DNA of 63,878 nucleotides, counting the filler, from Octopus bimaculoides (lineage: Eukaryota), in assembly GCF_001194135.2 (NCBI RefSeq). It is 7 parts of 6 records of this genome, joined end to end, with 100 filler letters (N's around TTAATTAATTAA, not from the genome) between each part and the next. Parts side by side here need not be neighbours in the genome. Positions count along the whole stretch, not along the records: positions 1 to 31,752 come from NC_068985.1; 6 more parts are not named here. One strand, given 5' to 3'. Positions 1 through 13,315 of the stretch are shown in pieces. A program made the translations under genes and the position numbers. A model generated the notes under the pieces. It worked only from the letters and a program-made list of their open reading frames with translations, had not been told where the DNA came from and searched no databases. The stretch's first letter is position 1; every line of letters starts with the position of its first letter.

Positions 1-1039
1 TATATATATATATATATATATATTCTTAAGAACATAGAGTAAATTAAATTAATAATTATTAATTTTTTTACAAAATTGGACATCATCTCTGATAGCTGTT
101 TTTGTTTTAAGATTTTAGAAATGAATTAGTATAGTTTAAAACAGTTTTAAGTTGAATCTCATCTGAGGTGGAAAATGATATACCCTTACATTTTCATATT
201 ATTGAATGTTGAGTGTAAGGAGCAAATCCACTAACTGATAAATGCTTTGTAGATAAAACATGGCGTAAACCTTACAAATGTTGTGTGGGTGGGGGTAGCA
301 TATTTATCAAAATTATTATAAAAATGAAAATAAAAATAAAGAATATGATATGGTAATAAACATATATCTCTAAAACAGTATGTTAATTAATGCTATCTGA
401 AACCAATAAATAATTATGAATAGAAAAATTAGGGTGAAAATATATAAAAAAATAGTTTGTAATTATTTAAGTAATTAAGGTGTGTATGTGAATAAAATAA
501 ATATAAGAAGGGTAATTTGTGAAAAATATTTTTCTCGTGCATTATATATAAATACAATACATAATTTATATGTATAGGGATAAAACAAAAGTGCAACAGA
601 CATATAATAAAATAATACAGAATATAATTATCCTCTTTATTTTTCATACGTTCTGAGTAATATAAAGCTTCCCTTACATAAGTTCCGAGTTACTCTGGCA
701 GGTGAATAAATTGAGGCATGTTTATTAAAGACGATGCATGGGCGACTATGAAACATGTCAAATACGTTCTGTGTATCACATATGATATATACAGGACACT
801 GTAAATAGTTAATAAGCGTGGAACATGACTAGGATTCTTTACCGTATTAATCATTCAGCTAATACCATATCAGTATGTCTAACTAGATTTTTAATTTCAT
901 TGCGTTAAATATGTTAACATTAACTTAAATTTATTAGGTATTGTGCTGTGTTGACTGAGCGGTAGTTGGTGAAGAAAAAAGAAAGGTTACAATATCGTAG
1001 GTCAGAGGGCAAAACTACAGCGACTATCCTCACTGGCAC

Positions 1040-2167
1040 CATTTCAAGCAACACAACCGCAAATAACATCATCAACACCGCCACCGCCATCACTACAAAT
1101 ACCATCAACAACATCGTGTTCTCCGCCAACACCGTCACCACCACCACCACCACCACCTCCACCATCACCATCGCCACTATCGCCATCACTACAAACACCG
1201 TCAACATCATCATCGTCTTCTCCAATCCCCACCACTACCACAGCCACCTGTACAATCAGCACCACCACAACCATCAACGCCAACAACTTCACCATAACCA
1301 TAAACACGAGCATTACTTATGACATCAGCACCACCATCACCACCACCACCACAGCATCATCAGAAACACTACTAGCAGCTCCCACTTTCACCAACGTCAT
1401 TACCCTTACCCAACACCACCATCGCCACCAACAGCATCATCACTTCTACCATCACAATCACTACATCAACACAACTACAGCGACGAGTACCACCATTTTC
1501 ATCACTAGAACAACTCCAAATATCGCTACAACCATCAAAACCTCAACTGTATCACCACCACCACCACCAAAACCACCACCACCAAAACCACCACCACCAA
1601 AACCACCACCGCCAAAACCACCACCACTACCACCCCCACCAAAACTACCATCAATACCTAGCAACACAACCTGCAGAAAGCCTGCACCACTAGAGCTACG
1701 AGCAGCACAACCATTACCACTACCACCATAACTACAACAAGCCGTAGCACAAACGCTGACACCATACTTACAATGTTCTACTGTCAACGCAACAACTACA
1801 ATCATCCTCGACACAGTCACTACTATCGCAATTACCACAACCTCTTGCTAATACTACCAAAGCGACTTCGACATCTACAACGCCCACCGTCACTGCGGTT
1901 GCTACTGCTCTTCCGTCGTCTTAACCATTGCAACTCTCGACGACAACAAGAACAAGAGCAACAACAACAAAGCGTAATAAACTGAAGTACGGCTACAACA
2001 GTAACAAAATCATCATCAACAACAATCGCAGCAACAATTATAGTAACAACTACAACAACTACTACAATAACACCACTGTGTAGCATCACTACCACCACGC
2101 CAACAACAGCAAAAACTACAATCGCCAGCACCACTACTACCATTATACCAAAACCACCACCACCACC

Positions 2168-2226
<59 letters not shown>

Positions 2227-2355
2227 CACCACCGCAACCACCACCACCACCACCACCTACTACTACTACTACTACAAAAGCAAGAACAACAAGAAAATCA
2301 ACAAAATCATCATCGTTATCATCAGCAGCAGCAACAACTAAAACAACAACAATAA
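1040..2355. repeat. Degenerate trinucleotide low-complexity tract (CAC/CAA/CAT/TAC), including a 15-bp CCACCACCACCAAAA unit repeated about 5 times
   Basis: Directly visible. The ORFs across it are poly-T/V/G/H translations of the repeat. Confidence 0.9.
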
Positions 2356-2695
2356 CGTCAACATATGATTTTATATACACAGTTTAGTGAGATGTAGTTT
2401 CTTTACCTGTGTTAATTAAGGAAAATCATGAAACACAGAGGCGTCTTAGAAGATTGCTTACCTTTCATTTACGACGGTGTCTCCTTTGATCTCGTTTTCA
2501 GTTAAATGTCGTCTGCAAAATAACGACCATAGGAAATAATGAAGTAGTAATAACTGTTTATGATTCACCTTATTTTATATACTTTCCTCTCTTTCGATGT
2601 CTCTGGATATCTTTCTTCCGATCTCTTGCTCTCTCCTCCCTCTTTCTCATTATTATTCTCCAGAATACACAATTATTTTTCGAGAAACAACCTAC

Positions 2696-2735
<40 letters not shown>

Positions 2736-3477
2736 TTATCTTCTTACAAGTTCATGTATGTGTGAGTTAGGTTATGTTTTAATCAACGTATTTCAAAAAT
2801 TATATAAGCCTATATGTAATAACTCTATCAATTTACTTATAGAGCACATCCATACACATCTAGTGTGTTTGTTTATATGTACATGCCTCTATACATGCCA
2901 TTATCGCGGTCTACGTATATACAGGCGTATTCATGTCAACACATATCGAGAAAAATATTCATAAATGCATACACAGACGCACACACGTATACACATACAT
3001 ATACAGGCATACATGTAAATTTCCTCGGAATATGTAGATATGTCTTGAGAGTTCAGTCCAGAATGCAGTCCTCATATACATTTATATATATATATAGAGA
3101 GAGGTGTGTTGTGTAAGGCCGGAACAATGCAAGAAGCAATTCCTCAATAACACGTAACGGCTATCCACCATCTTCAACCAAACGACTATATCTACCCGCC
3201 ACAAAAAGAATAAAAACGATAAAGTAAACAACATAAGGGGGCTCATAATCCCAAGTCTGAAATATCTTTCCTTAAAGTACCCAACTTCGATGACAGAACC
3301 ACTGCGGCTATACAGCATGTCATCCGGGGGGAGGAACTCAACATATAGTTGGTGCACACCGGTCCATCCCCGAGGAAATTTCTGTCTAAGGATAATACTA
3401 CTGATAGCATCGTCGGGTGCACACTACCCGTTTTACCCATGAATGACTTCAAAACTTGCTCGAAGGCCTATGTGGTA

Positions 3478-4206
3478 TACGAGGTGTCTGCAGTACAGGA
3501 AATGCAGGGAATCCTAAATTGGAGGCACCACCAGGAAATTAAATGTTCAAATAAAAGATCATTTGCGTACAGACACTTCAGTCAAAAATCATCTAAAGTA
3601 GTGCCAGATCCAGAATTAACTTTTCCCTGGCACAAGAGGCTCAAGAACGGCTAAGAGGAAGTGAGCAATAATGAATGGTGTGGGAGGGAGAGGGACGTCA
3701 GAACATCAGAGCTGATTGAGAAAATACGCAATTTTCTGGATGAAGACTCTTATATGTCTATAAAGACAATAAGCTTACGGTTTGAAGTTGGTGTGGCAAC
3801 TGTACACAGAATTATTCGTGACGATCTGAACTTGCGGAAAATTGGTGTAAATGTTTGTTTCCAGGGTACTCAGTGATGAGCGTCCTCGTAACCAACTATT
3901 AGACAGAGAGGGTGTTAAAACTGCCCATGACCTTCCCTACAAACTAGACCTTGCTCCCTGTGATTTTGGTTGTTCTCCAAGCTGAAGAACCTCGGGGCAG
4001 TTATGTTGAGGATAAAGGAAGCTGTGACAAGGGTCCTGTACACTTACACTAAGGTTCACTTCCATAAGGCCTTCATGAAGTGGCTGGAGTGCTACAGCAA
4101 GTGGATTGAAGTCAGACGATCCTACTTTGAATGTGATTTGTGTTTTGTACTTCGAAATTAACGTTTATTCTGAAAAAGTCTGAAACGTTCAGGAATGCAC
4201 TCTGTA
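3478..4206 (+). mobile_element. Decayed, internally deleted mariner (Tc1/mariner) transposon
   Basis: HTH-region peptide RTSELIEKIRNFLDED..SIKTIS.RFEVGVATVHRIIRDDLNLRKI. C-terminal PY(K)LDLAPCDF.LFSKLK is the mariner YSPDLAP motif, followed by W.ECYSK.IEVR.SYFE. Frameshifts present; begins at TACGAGG. Confidence 0.85.
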
Positions 4207-4240
4207 ATTCAAATGTATTTTGGAAATATAAATATACATA

Positions 4241-4481
4241 GGCGCAGGCATGGCTGTGTGGTAAGAAGCTTGCTTCCAAACCACATAGTTCGGGGTTCAG
4301 TCTCACTGTGTGGCACCTTGTTGGTGTGCTTATGTTCCCGGTTATCTAGCGGTTCGGCAAAATAACTCGATAGAATAAGTACTACGATTACAAAGCATAA
4401 GTCCTGGGGTCGATTTCTTCGACTAAAGGCGGTGCTCCAGCATGGCTGCAGTCAAATGACTGAAGCAAGTAAAAGAATAAA
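4241..4481 (+). mobile_element. tRNA-derived SINE, family A (internally deleted)
   Basis: Head ggcgcaggcatggctgtgtggtaag...gggttcagtc (A/B-box-like), body gactaaaggcggtgctccagcatgg, tail aaaagaataa. Same sequence recurs many times in the window. Confidence 0.85.
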
Positions 4482-4847
4482 GGTATAAATGAATACATGT
4501 TAACTTGGAGTGTGATGGGAAGTGAAACACTTTATATATAATGTTATTTATTGAAACTGAAACTGAGTTTGCCTCACTCGAGTTTCAGTTTTAATAAAAT
4601 AAAGCCATAACCTTCACAATATGTATCGAGCACTCATCTTATCAGTCCGACATAAACAGAATACGTACGTACGTGCACGTAAACACATACACGCATGCAC
4701 ACACACACATATATAAATACATATTCATATTTTTGTATATACATATATATTTCTATATAAACATATTTGTCAGTTTATATGTGTGTATATAATAATATAA
4801 ACACACGCACACGTAAGTATATAAAAATATATATCTTTAAACTCATG

Positions 4848-4897
<50 letters not shown>

Positions 4898-4919
4898 AAT
4901 GTATGTATGTATAAACAGC

Positions 4920-4981
<62 letters not shown>

Positions 4982-6169
4982 GTAGAAAGGAAGGAGTCAG
5001 ATAGAGGAGAAAATATGAGTGCGCACAATGTTGAGTTTAGTGAATTGTGACAGCCTCTAGATATACGGTACTTGTTCCTGCTATGAAGTAGTGTAGTGTA
5101 ATTATGTTTCTAGTATGAAGTAGAGCAGCGTAATTATGTACGATATAGTCTAAATGCAATAATTTGGAAATGTAACATGGCATATTGTAATTCACTATAG
5201 TATTTGGAGTGCTGCCAATATTTTCCTGTTTTGCCTTAAAACATTGTTACATGTAATAAGCCCTAAGTATTATTTTCGTTATGACTGTTGTTGGTTTTAT
5301 CTAGATATATCGTGAAAATCTGAAGAGTTATGTTAGTGCTAAAATAGGCAATGCGCAGGGCGTTAAACTGATAACTTGTGATACTTATGCAGCAAGAGAA
5401 ACACATTGAAAGACAGGCTATTATGCTGTTATTATTTTTACCTGTAAAGTTGCCAGAATCAAGGTAAGTTAAGGTTAACACTTTCAAGGCAGGAAGCTTT
5501 CAAAAGCCACAGAAAATATATATGCCACAAGAATAAAAGCAATTCGCAAGTATCAGAGACAACTCGCTAGTCTATACATCAGTAAGTGTACATTTGTTAC
5601 AAATCAAAACCGAAAGGTCTAAATTATTAATTTTATTTCCTTTACTGCACCTGCCAACCTTCAAATCCCTAGCGTAAATTTTAACATTCAAAAGTTCTAT
5701 AATTTGGAACGAAAATATTTAAATATCTACAACAGCCAGTAAACTGTCTAAATACATCTAATGTATTTCTTTTCCATAAATCTCTAAAATAACTTAACTC
5801 TATCTCCCTCCTCCTCTCTCTCCCTCCTCCTCTCTCTCCCTCCTCCTCTTTCTCCCTCCCCCTCTCTCCCTCTTTCACGTACAAACATACACAATTACAG
5901 ACAAACACACAGCTCACACATGCACGCACACGTTGGTGTATAAGTGTTTGTGAGTTTGTGTTTTTCTTTTATCACTTGATAACCGGTGAAGATTCATTTA
6001 TGTCATGAGACACCGAGAGAATAAGTACCAGACATGGAATATGTAATGAAGTTGATTTTCTTTTACTGAAATTCTTCAAAGCGATGCACCAGCATGACCA
6101 TACTTCGATGACTCAACAACTAAAAGAATAAGAGAATATATGTGGTTGCGTCTATTTTTGTGTACCTAT

Positions 6170-6850
6170 TTATGTATTCCAGAAGTTTCGTGGGCTTTTT
6201 CAGGAGAGGAATTTATTAATTTCAAAGAAGTACAAAGCTCTAATTTCCTTCAAAATAGGACCCTCTAACTTCAATGCACCTGTTGTAATGCTCCAGCAAC
6301 TTTGTGAAGGCCCCATGGGAGCCCACCATAATGAAGGTGTCCAAGACACTTGTTACAGCCTCTTCCATCTTCTGTTTCAGCTTGGGGGGACAATAAAATA
6401 TCTCAGGGAGGAAGATCTTCATTGCAAGTAGGATATAGGATACTTTCGATGCCAATATCTATAAAATAATTGGTTACCAGGTTAGAATTGTGGACATGTG
6501 CAGTGACCTAGAACAGGTGCTCTGGCATTTCGCTACGAAATCTCTTCCTGAACTTCCCCATGCTTCTACAAAATACTCTTTATTGATGGACTGGCCAGAA
6601 GAACCCAACAGATATAAATGATGCCCTTGGTATTGAAAAGCGGATCGTCATGAACATTTCGGTGAACTTACTTTATCTAGCCTCCCGAGTAAGCGCAAAA
6701 AAGATGCTTGGGTCATATAAGTTGATCTAGAAGTAATTTGGAGCATTTCATAAGTTTCTGTAGCGTTTTGGCTCAGTTTTGTGTTGGCCTTGTGCTCTGG
6801 GACATCTTTCTGGCATATGGTTTGCATAACAGACATGAAATATTCTAGTT
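6170..6850 (-). mobile_element. Decayed mariner transposon
   Basis: N-terminal KLSQNATETYEMLQ, catalytic-region FFNTKGIIYICWV..GQSINKEYF, C-terminal EAVTSVLDT...AFTKLLEHYNRCIEVRGSYFEG (homologous to the 3.5-4.2 kb copy). Confidence 0.85.
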
Positions 6851-7840
6851 CCCTGCCAAGGTCTGGTGTGGAGAGGCATTTCGGTCAGTCTTGTCTGGGG
6901 ATCTCTTTTTGGATCGACTTCCATTCTGCTTTGTGGAAGTTCAGATTGGAGATATTTTGGGTGCTTCCTTCAGGTAGTATATATTGTTGATATAAAAGAT
7001 GGTTTAAAGCTATCTTCAGCCGCAAACATTTTCAGTCCCAAGATTACAATTTATGTTTAATATATATATATTACCCAAAAACATTCCAGCTTTGTCTGAT
7101 TTTCACGTTTTATTTACAATCTTATGATAATATAAAATATAAGATAATATAATATAATGGAATAATAGAATATTAAATGTCCATTCTGATTAAACTAGTA
7201 CTTTCATGCCTTAAGTTATGCAATCTTCAGGTTCATGTAGTAGTGGTGACAGTTATGTTTTACAATTTACAACTGTAGTGAGATGGCTTTACTGTGTGCA
7301 TTAAATACATTCGTACAGTCTCCAGAATGTTAATTCTTGAAAACTGTATTCTGACCAATCAGTGTGTGATTTTACTAAATTACTTAAGTTGATTGGTGTT
7401 TGGTTGAGGCGTCACATTTGTTGAACATGTCAAGAGATCTGTATTTTGATCCTGGCCAAAGAAGTAATCGTGTTGAGCTATTTTTAGAAATGTTGTAAAC
7501 AACATTTCCCAGGGATTTTTACATTTCAATTATCATCAACAGTATCACTTCCTTTATTATTGTTGTCGTTGTTGTTGTTGTTGTTGTTGTNNNNNNNNNN
7601 GTGGTGGTAGTGGTGGTAGTGGTGATGGTGGTGGTGGTGGTGGTGGTGGTGGTGGTGATCGTCGTCGTCGTCGTCGTAGCTGTGGTAATAGAACTTTAAA
7701 CCTCAAAATAAGATCATTTTTCTGACTTTTCTCTTGACTTAGTATTTTCCTGTTATCATCATAATGAGCACATTTAGTATTGTTGTTGTTGTTAGTGGTA
7801 GTGATCGTAGCTGTAGAAATAGTACCTCTAAGAATTAGTA

Positions 7841-8598
7841 TTACTGTTTATTTAGCTTGGGTTGGAATTTATTAATAAAGTTCTTTTCTCTGATTTTTCT
7901 TTCAATTTCACGTGGACTGTGTAGTTTGTAGAATGGAAATATTATGAATATTTTCCGACCGTGTGTTGCTAGATAGTTACTCAAAGGTATCTGACAGACA
8001 TCTGGGTCTCTAATTTGCTGTCGGTGCACACGTGAACGTTCTGATAGTGCATTTCTAGTCTAACCTACATAGAGTTCTTCACAATTTGTGCATTTGATGC
8101 AGTAAATTGAATTTCTGCTTTTGCAGTTCATACTTGCGTTTGTGAATATTTTTCCGGTTTTTGTGTTCATATATTGGCCGGTGTGTATGAATTGCCATGT
8201 ACCACATCGGCTATCACTGCATTTAGATACAGTGAATGATTGATTTCTGTTGCTAAAGTCAAACTTGACCTTTGTTAATAATTTTTTGAAGTTTTTAGGA
8301 TCTCTTTTGATAAGAACCATGGCTCGATCTGTGATTAAATCATTACTTTCAGCAATGAACGTTAGGTTTGCTTTGGAAATGTTGAAGATATTCTGGTGAC
8401 ATGGGTTGTGTGTAACTATAAAGGATATGACTTGTTTCTGTTTTTCTCTTCTTTGGGTTGTTCTCAGTTGTTGTATTGGGTATTTTTATGGTCCGCTGTA
8501 TGCCATTTTCTATAAGTAGAGACAGGTATTCTTGTTTGAGCAAAAATTTTCTTAGTTCTATTAGGCGTTTGTTCCTCACATTTGCATCTTCTTCATAT
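7841..8598 (-). mobile_element. Penelope-like element 3' fragment with GIY-YIG endonuclease
   Basis: KCSDSRCGTW..I..G....MNCKSRNSIYCIKCTNCEELYVG*TR..LSER..VHRQQIR...E..FINKFQPKLN, preceded by a linker (LRKFLLKQEY..LIENGI). This is the PLE Cys-Cys/GIY-YIG signature. Stops are present and the 5' end is cut at a (TA)n(GA)n tract. Confidence 0.9.
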
Positions 8599-8600
8599 AC

Positions 8601-8669
<69 letters not shown>

Positions 8670-8671
8670 TA

Positions 8672-8822
8672 CGCCAGGTTTCTTCCAGCTTCCGTCTGTC
8701 AAATCCACTCACAAATTTTTGCTAGGCCCGAGACTACAGCTAAGGTGCAACGCAGTGGGACTGAACCCGGAACCATGTAGTTGGAAAACAAGCTTCTTAC
8801 CACACAGCCACGCCTGCACCTA
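8672..8822 (-). mobile_element. SINE family A, 5' half
   Basis: Reverse complement of the family A head (cttaccacacagccacgcctgcacc). Confidence 0.85.
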
Positions 8823-10014
8823 TGTATGTATGTATGTATGTACGTACGTATGTGTGTACGTATGTACCTATGAATGTATGTACCTACGGATGTATGTATG
8901 TATCTATCAATCCATTGCTATCTCCCTTTGCCTTTGGGGTGGGTGGGGCATCGATAAATTATAGACCTGTCAAACAATGGGTTTGGTGTAATCAACTTGC
9001 CTTTCTCCTCAAAATTAGTGGTCTTTTTAAAAATTAGAAAGAAGTATGTATGCTTATGTTTACAGGCCTTCACACACACACACACATATATGCAAGTATT
9101 TCCAATATTTTATAAAATTTGTTACGCAGGTATATCAAACCAACAAAATTGAGTAATTAGTGAAAAACCTAATTTTTATTTTGTTTACATCTTCACATAA
9201 GATCCACCTTACCACCGTTTATTGTAGCTCTGATAAAATATATATTTCTATTGTGATCCTGCTTTTGATGCTGTCTAAGATCGATCGTGAAATTTTTCAT
9301 TGTTAACATGGCACAGAAAGAAGCAAACTTCGTCTGTTTTATTCAATTCATCATTTTCATTATCATCTTTTTTCATACATCACATTCTTAACAATGGACT
9401 GTTTCAGGATGGGTAAAGAAGGATTTCAAAGTAAACACGTTTACGTTTCGTTAAAAATGCTATTTCTGTTCTGTTGTGTAGATACACAAAACGAAAATGA
9501 AAGTCAATAATAACTGGTATTCTAGTGGGAATAGAACCATTAATGTCTTTATTGAGGCATTGAACGTTATTATCTTCATACTAATAAGCCTTGTGTAATT
9601 AATAACGCCAACGTTAACATTTTAATAAATCTGGACAATAAATTTGTAATGGTTTTGAATCGTAGGCGTACAAGTTTAAGAATTAAATTAAAGCAAATAT
9701 TTACCAAATGACAATGTCAAAATAAAATTCTATGTAAATACACATCTCCAGGTTTCAAAACAATTACACACTTATAATGTAGAAGAATAAAATGAATATT
9801 GCTAGAAAGAGGAAATGCTTTAGCTACAGCCGCAAATAGATCGCTGTGTCAATAAATGCGACATAGTTTTGATTCCCACATCGCAATCGAATTTTAATGA
9901 CATTCCATAATTTTACAAAAGCATCTTAAGAGTCAAAAATATGTACACACATTTATTATTCAATCTTATGTTTAAACAACACAAAAGTGAAATTTTAAAA
10001 CAATTATGCACATA

Positions 10015-10214
10015 GGCGCAGAAGTGGCTGCGTGGTAAGAAGCTTGCATCTCACCCACACGGTTCCGGGTTCAGTCCCACTGCGTGGCACCTTGGGCAAT
10101 AGTCTTCTACTATAGCCTCGAGCTGGCCTCGTGAGTGGATTTGGTAGACGGAAACTCTGTGTGTGTGTGTGCGTGTGTGTTTATGTGTTTGTATTTCTGT
10201 GTTTGTTCCCCCAC
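10015..10214 (+). mobile_element. SINE family A, 5' half
   Basis: ggcgcagaagtggctgcgtggtaagaagc...ccgggttcagtccc head. Confidence 0.85.
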
Positions 10215-10267
10215 CAAATAATAGATACAAAAGCGATTCAATAATCCAAGGCTCATGTAAAAGTCAC

Positions 10268-10365
10268 ACTTCGGTTTGGGGACTGGGCGACGCGTTGTGG
10301 TCTTGAGCAAGGTACTGCTCAAGACCACAGCTTTGTTGCACCAATCTACGTAGATGTAAGTAAGT
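10268..10365 (+). mobile_element. SINE family C (CORE-like) fragment
   Basis: gactgggcgacgcgttgtggtcttgagcaa matches the 55612-55841 element. Confidence 0.6.
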
Positions 10366-10844
10366 ACCAACCGGGTGTTGATGCAGTCTCTCTCTCGGTC
10401 TCTCTTCCTTTCCGCATCTTGGATGTACCGCTGGATCAAGAATGAGGGAGAGTTATAAGTGTATCAATGCTTGCGCGTTTATAAACACCTGATACATTTG
10501 AGCTAAAGCATGGTACATTCACTCCAACAGTGGCATATACGCTCGTAACTGGTTATACTATACTTTAATACATTGCATACATACATACGTACACGCGTAC
10601 ATACATGAATGCATACATACACACACATATATACACACACGTACACGTACAAAGAAAGAGATATACATGCGTATATGGATTCATAGACAGCGGTATATGC
10701 ATTCATACATATGTATTTATGTTTATCTATCTATATATCTATCTATCTATCTATTCATGTATGTATATATCTTTCTATCAGTATGTATGTATTTTACAAT
10801 ATACAGTTCCTTTAAAAGTTATATGTATTAAAATACACACATAA

Positions 10845-10887
<43 letters not shown>

Positions 10888-11274
10888 TATACACACATAC
10901 ACACACATATACACATGTACCAACTGATTTATTACATGTACATTATAAAATATGAATNNNNNNNNNNNNNNNNNNNNNNNNNNNNNNNNNNNNNNNNNNN
11001 NNNNNNNNNNNNNNNNNNNNNNNNNNNNNNNNNNNNNNNNNNNNNNNNNNNNNNNNNNNNNNNNNNNNNNNNNNNNNNNNNNNNNNNNNNNNNNNNNNNN
11101 NNNNNNNNNNNNNNNNNNNNNNNNNNNNNNNNNNNNNNNNNNNNNNNNNNNNNNNNNNNNNNNNNNNNNNNNNNNNNNNNNNNNNNNNNNNNNNNNNNNN
11201 NNNNNNNNNNNNNNNNNNNNNNNNNNNNNNNNNNNNNNNNNNNNNNNNNNNNNNNNNNNNNNNNNNNNNNNNNN

Positions 11275-11499
11275 CAAGAGTATAAAAATACTTATCCAAG
11301 CTCTCATATACACACGCACCTACACCACCTACACACACACACACACATAGATATATATGTATATAAATTAGAAATGCAGCTATTTTAAAAGACGTGCATT
11401 TCTAATTTATATACATATATATACACCTATGTGTGTCTGTGTAGGTGGTGTAGGTGCGTGTGTGTATATGAGAGCTTAGATAAGTATTTTTATACTCTG

Positions 11500-11500
<1 letters not shown>
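11275..11500. repeat. Long fold-back inverted repeat (~104-bp arms, 16-bp loop)
   Basis: 11275-11378 is the reverse complement of 11395-11500 apart from CA-repeat length differences and a few substitutions. Confidence 0.9.
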
Positions 11501-11538
<38 letters not shown>

Positions 11539-11840
11539 TTTGCGTGTGAACTATGTTTATTTGTATATTTGTATGTATGTGAGTATATACAATAATTGTG
11601 TGGGAAAGCGATGTGGTATGGTGAAGATATATTTAAAAACGGGCAAATCTGACACTTGCGCTATACAATGATTGCCGTATATTCATGTGTGTACATATAT
11701 ATATATGCATATTTATGTGTGCGTGTGTGCGTGTGCGTACGTGTGTGCGTGTGCGTACGTGTGTGCGTGTGCGTACATGTGTGTGTGCACGCGTTCGTGT
11801 GCATGTGTATACATAAACAGATAAATTAATAGATTGATAG

Positions 11841-11892
<52 letters not shown>

Positions 11893-12054
11893 AAGCTCAC
11901 ACGCATATGCACACATCAATATACATGCAGAATCCTTATGCACAATAGAAGTAGTATTAGTTTAAGGCATTTGTGTACCGTTCTAAATTTTAATACATCA
12001 TGATAGGAAATGTATTTCCGTATTCACCCTCTTGCAATATCTTGTGTGAATAAA

Positions 12055-12270
12055 GGCGGCGATCTGGCAGAAACGTTAGCACACCGGGCGAAATGCTTGG
12101 CGGTATTTTGTCTGTCTTTATGCTCTGAGTTCAAATTCCACCGAGGTCGACTTTGCCTGTCATCATTTTGGATTTGATAAATTAAGTACCAGTTGCGTAC
12201 TGGAGTCAATCTAGTCGACAGGCCTCCTCCGAAAAAATTTCGGGTCTTGTGCCTAGAGTAGGAAAGAATA
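12055..12270 (+). mobile_element. tRNA-derived SINE, family B
   Basis: ggcggcgatctggcagaaacgttagcac...gagttcaaattcc...gtcgactttgcc. Central domain resembles the ttcatcctttcggggtcgataaa (Ceph-like) domain; related copies at 29.5, 34.0, 58.1 and 59.4 kb. Confidence 0.85.
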
Positions 12271-12787
12271 TCTCGTCAGAATGTACAGTGTTTAAGGTTG
12301 TAAGGTACAAAGGAGGCAGACGAAAGTCGTGTTAGCAGTGACTGGAGAGAAGGGTGGATGCAATTTTGCTTTCCTCAGCTTCGTCAGTAGCTTGTACTCA
12401 CAGCCAGACGCAGACCAAGAAGAATTCTGTCACTACTGATATAGGGAAACAGTGAATAGGAATTCAATGACATTTCAAAAAGGATGTCTCATACGAAAGT
12501 CTTGTGCTAAAAAGGAAGATATACAGGAGGTAGACGACAATCATCATAGCAACAGCAGGCAGTGAGAATGCTATAAGTATTTCTGCTTTACCGGGCTTTG
12601 ACAGTAGCATGTAGTAACAGACCAGCGCATGAGCAGTAAAAAATTGTCGCTATCGACATAACAAAGCAGTAAATATGACTATATACCGCGCTAAATATAA
12701 CTATCACAATGTATTAACATTATGCATGCCTCAAATGCCTCTCTCTCTCTATTTCCACACACACAGACACGCACTCACTCACTCGCA

Positions 12788-12836
<49 letters not shown>

Positions 12837-12837
<1 letters not shown>

Positions 12838-13223
12838 CGCAAGCGTGGCTGTGTGGTAAGAAGCCTGCTTCAAACCACATGGTTTCCGAGTTTAGTCCCA
12901 CTGCGTAGCACCTTGGTGTTTTCTACTATAGCCTGGGGCCGACCAAAGCCTCGTGAGTGAATTTGGTAGACAGAAACTGAAAGAATCCCGTCGTATATAT
13001 ACGCATATATCTACGTGTTTGTCTGTGTCTGTGTTTGTCTCCCCATTACCGCTTCACAACCGGTGTTGGGTTGTTCAACAAAAAAGACTGATAGAATAAG
13101 TACTAGGCTTAAAAAATTAGTCTTGGGGTCGATATGTTCCACTAAAACCCCTGAAAGCGGTGTTCCAGCATGGCTGCAATCAAATATCTCAAACAAGTAA
13201 AAGAATAAAAGAATAAAAGAATA
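12837..13223 (+). mobile_element. SINE family A, near full length
   Basis: Head, internal (GT)-like tract, ataagtact..ggggtcgat domain and (aaagaata)n tail. Confidence 0.85.
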
Positions 13224-13315
13224 CTTATGTATATGAATGAGTAAATGAAGAAAATAGAAGGAATTGACGTGCAGACGATATTTATTTAAAGACATTCCGA
13301 TTCTTGTAGAGAATT

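Noticed and set aside
720-770. Hammerhead-like GAAACATGTC, and similar partial hits near 12.4, 28.9, 39.6, 58.0, 60.0, 61.1 and 63.2 kb
   Set aside because: Each lacks a recognisable CUGANGA or a pairable stem I/II. Not distinguishable from chance by eye.
1461-1838. Gly-rich (GGGGF)n / Pro-rich (PPPPK)n structural protein ORF
   Set aside because: Embedded in a 1.3-kb trinucleotide tract open in many frames on both strands, with no splice or signal evidence.
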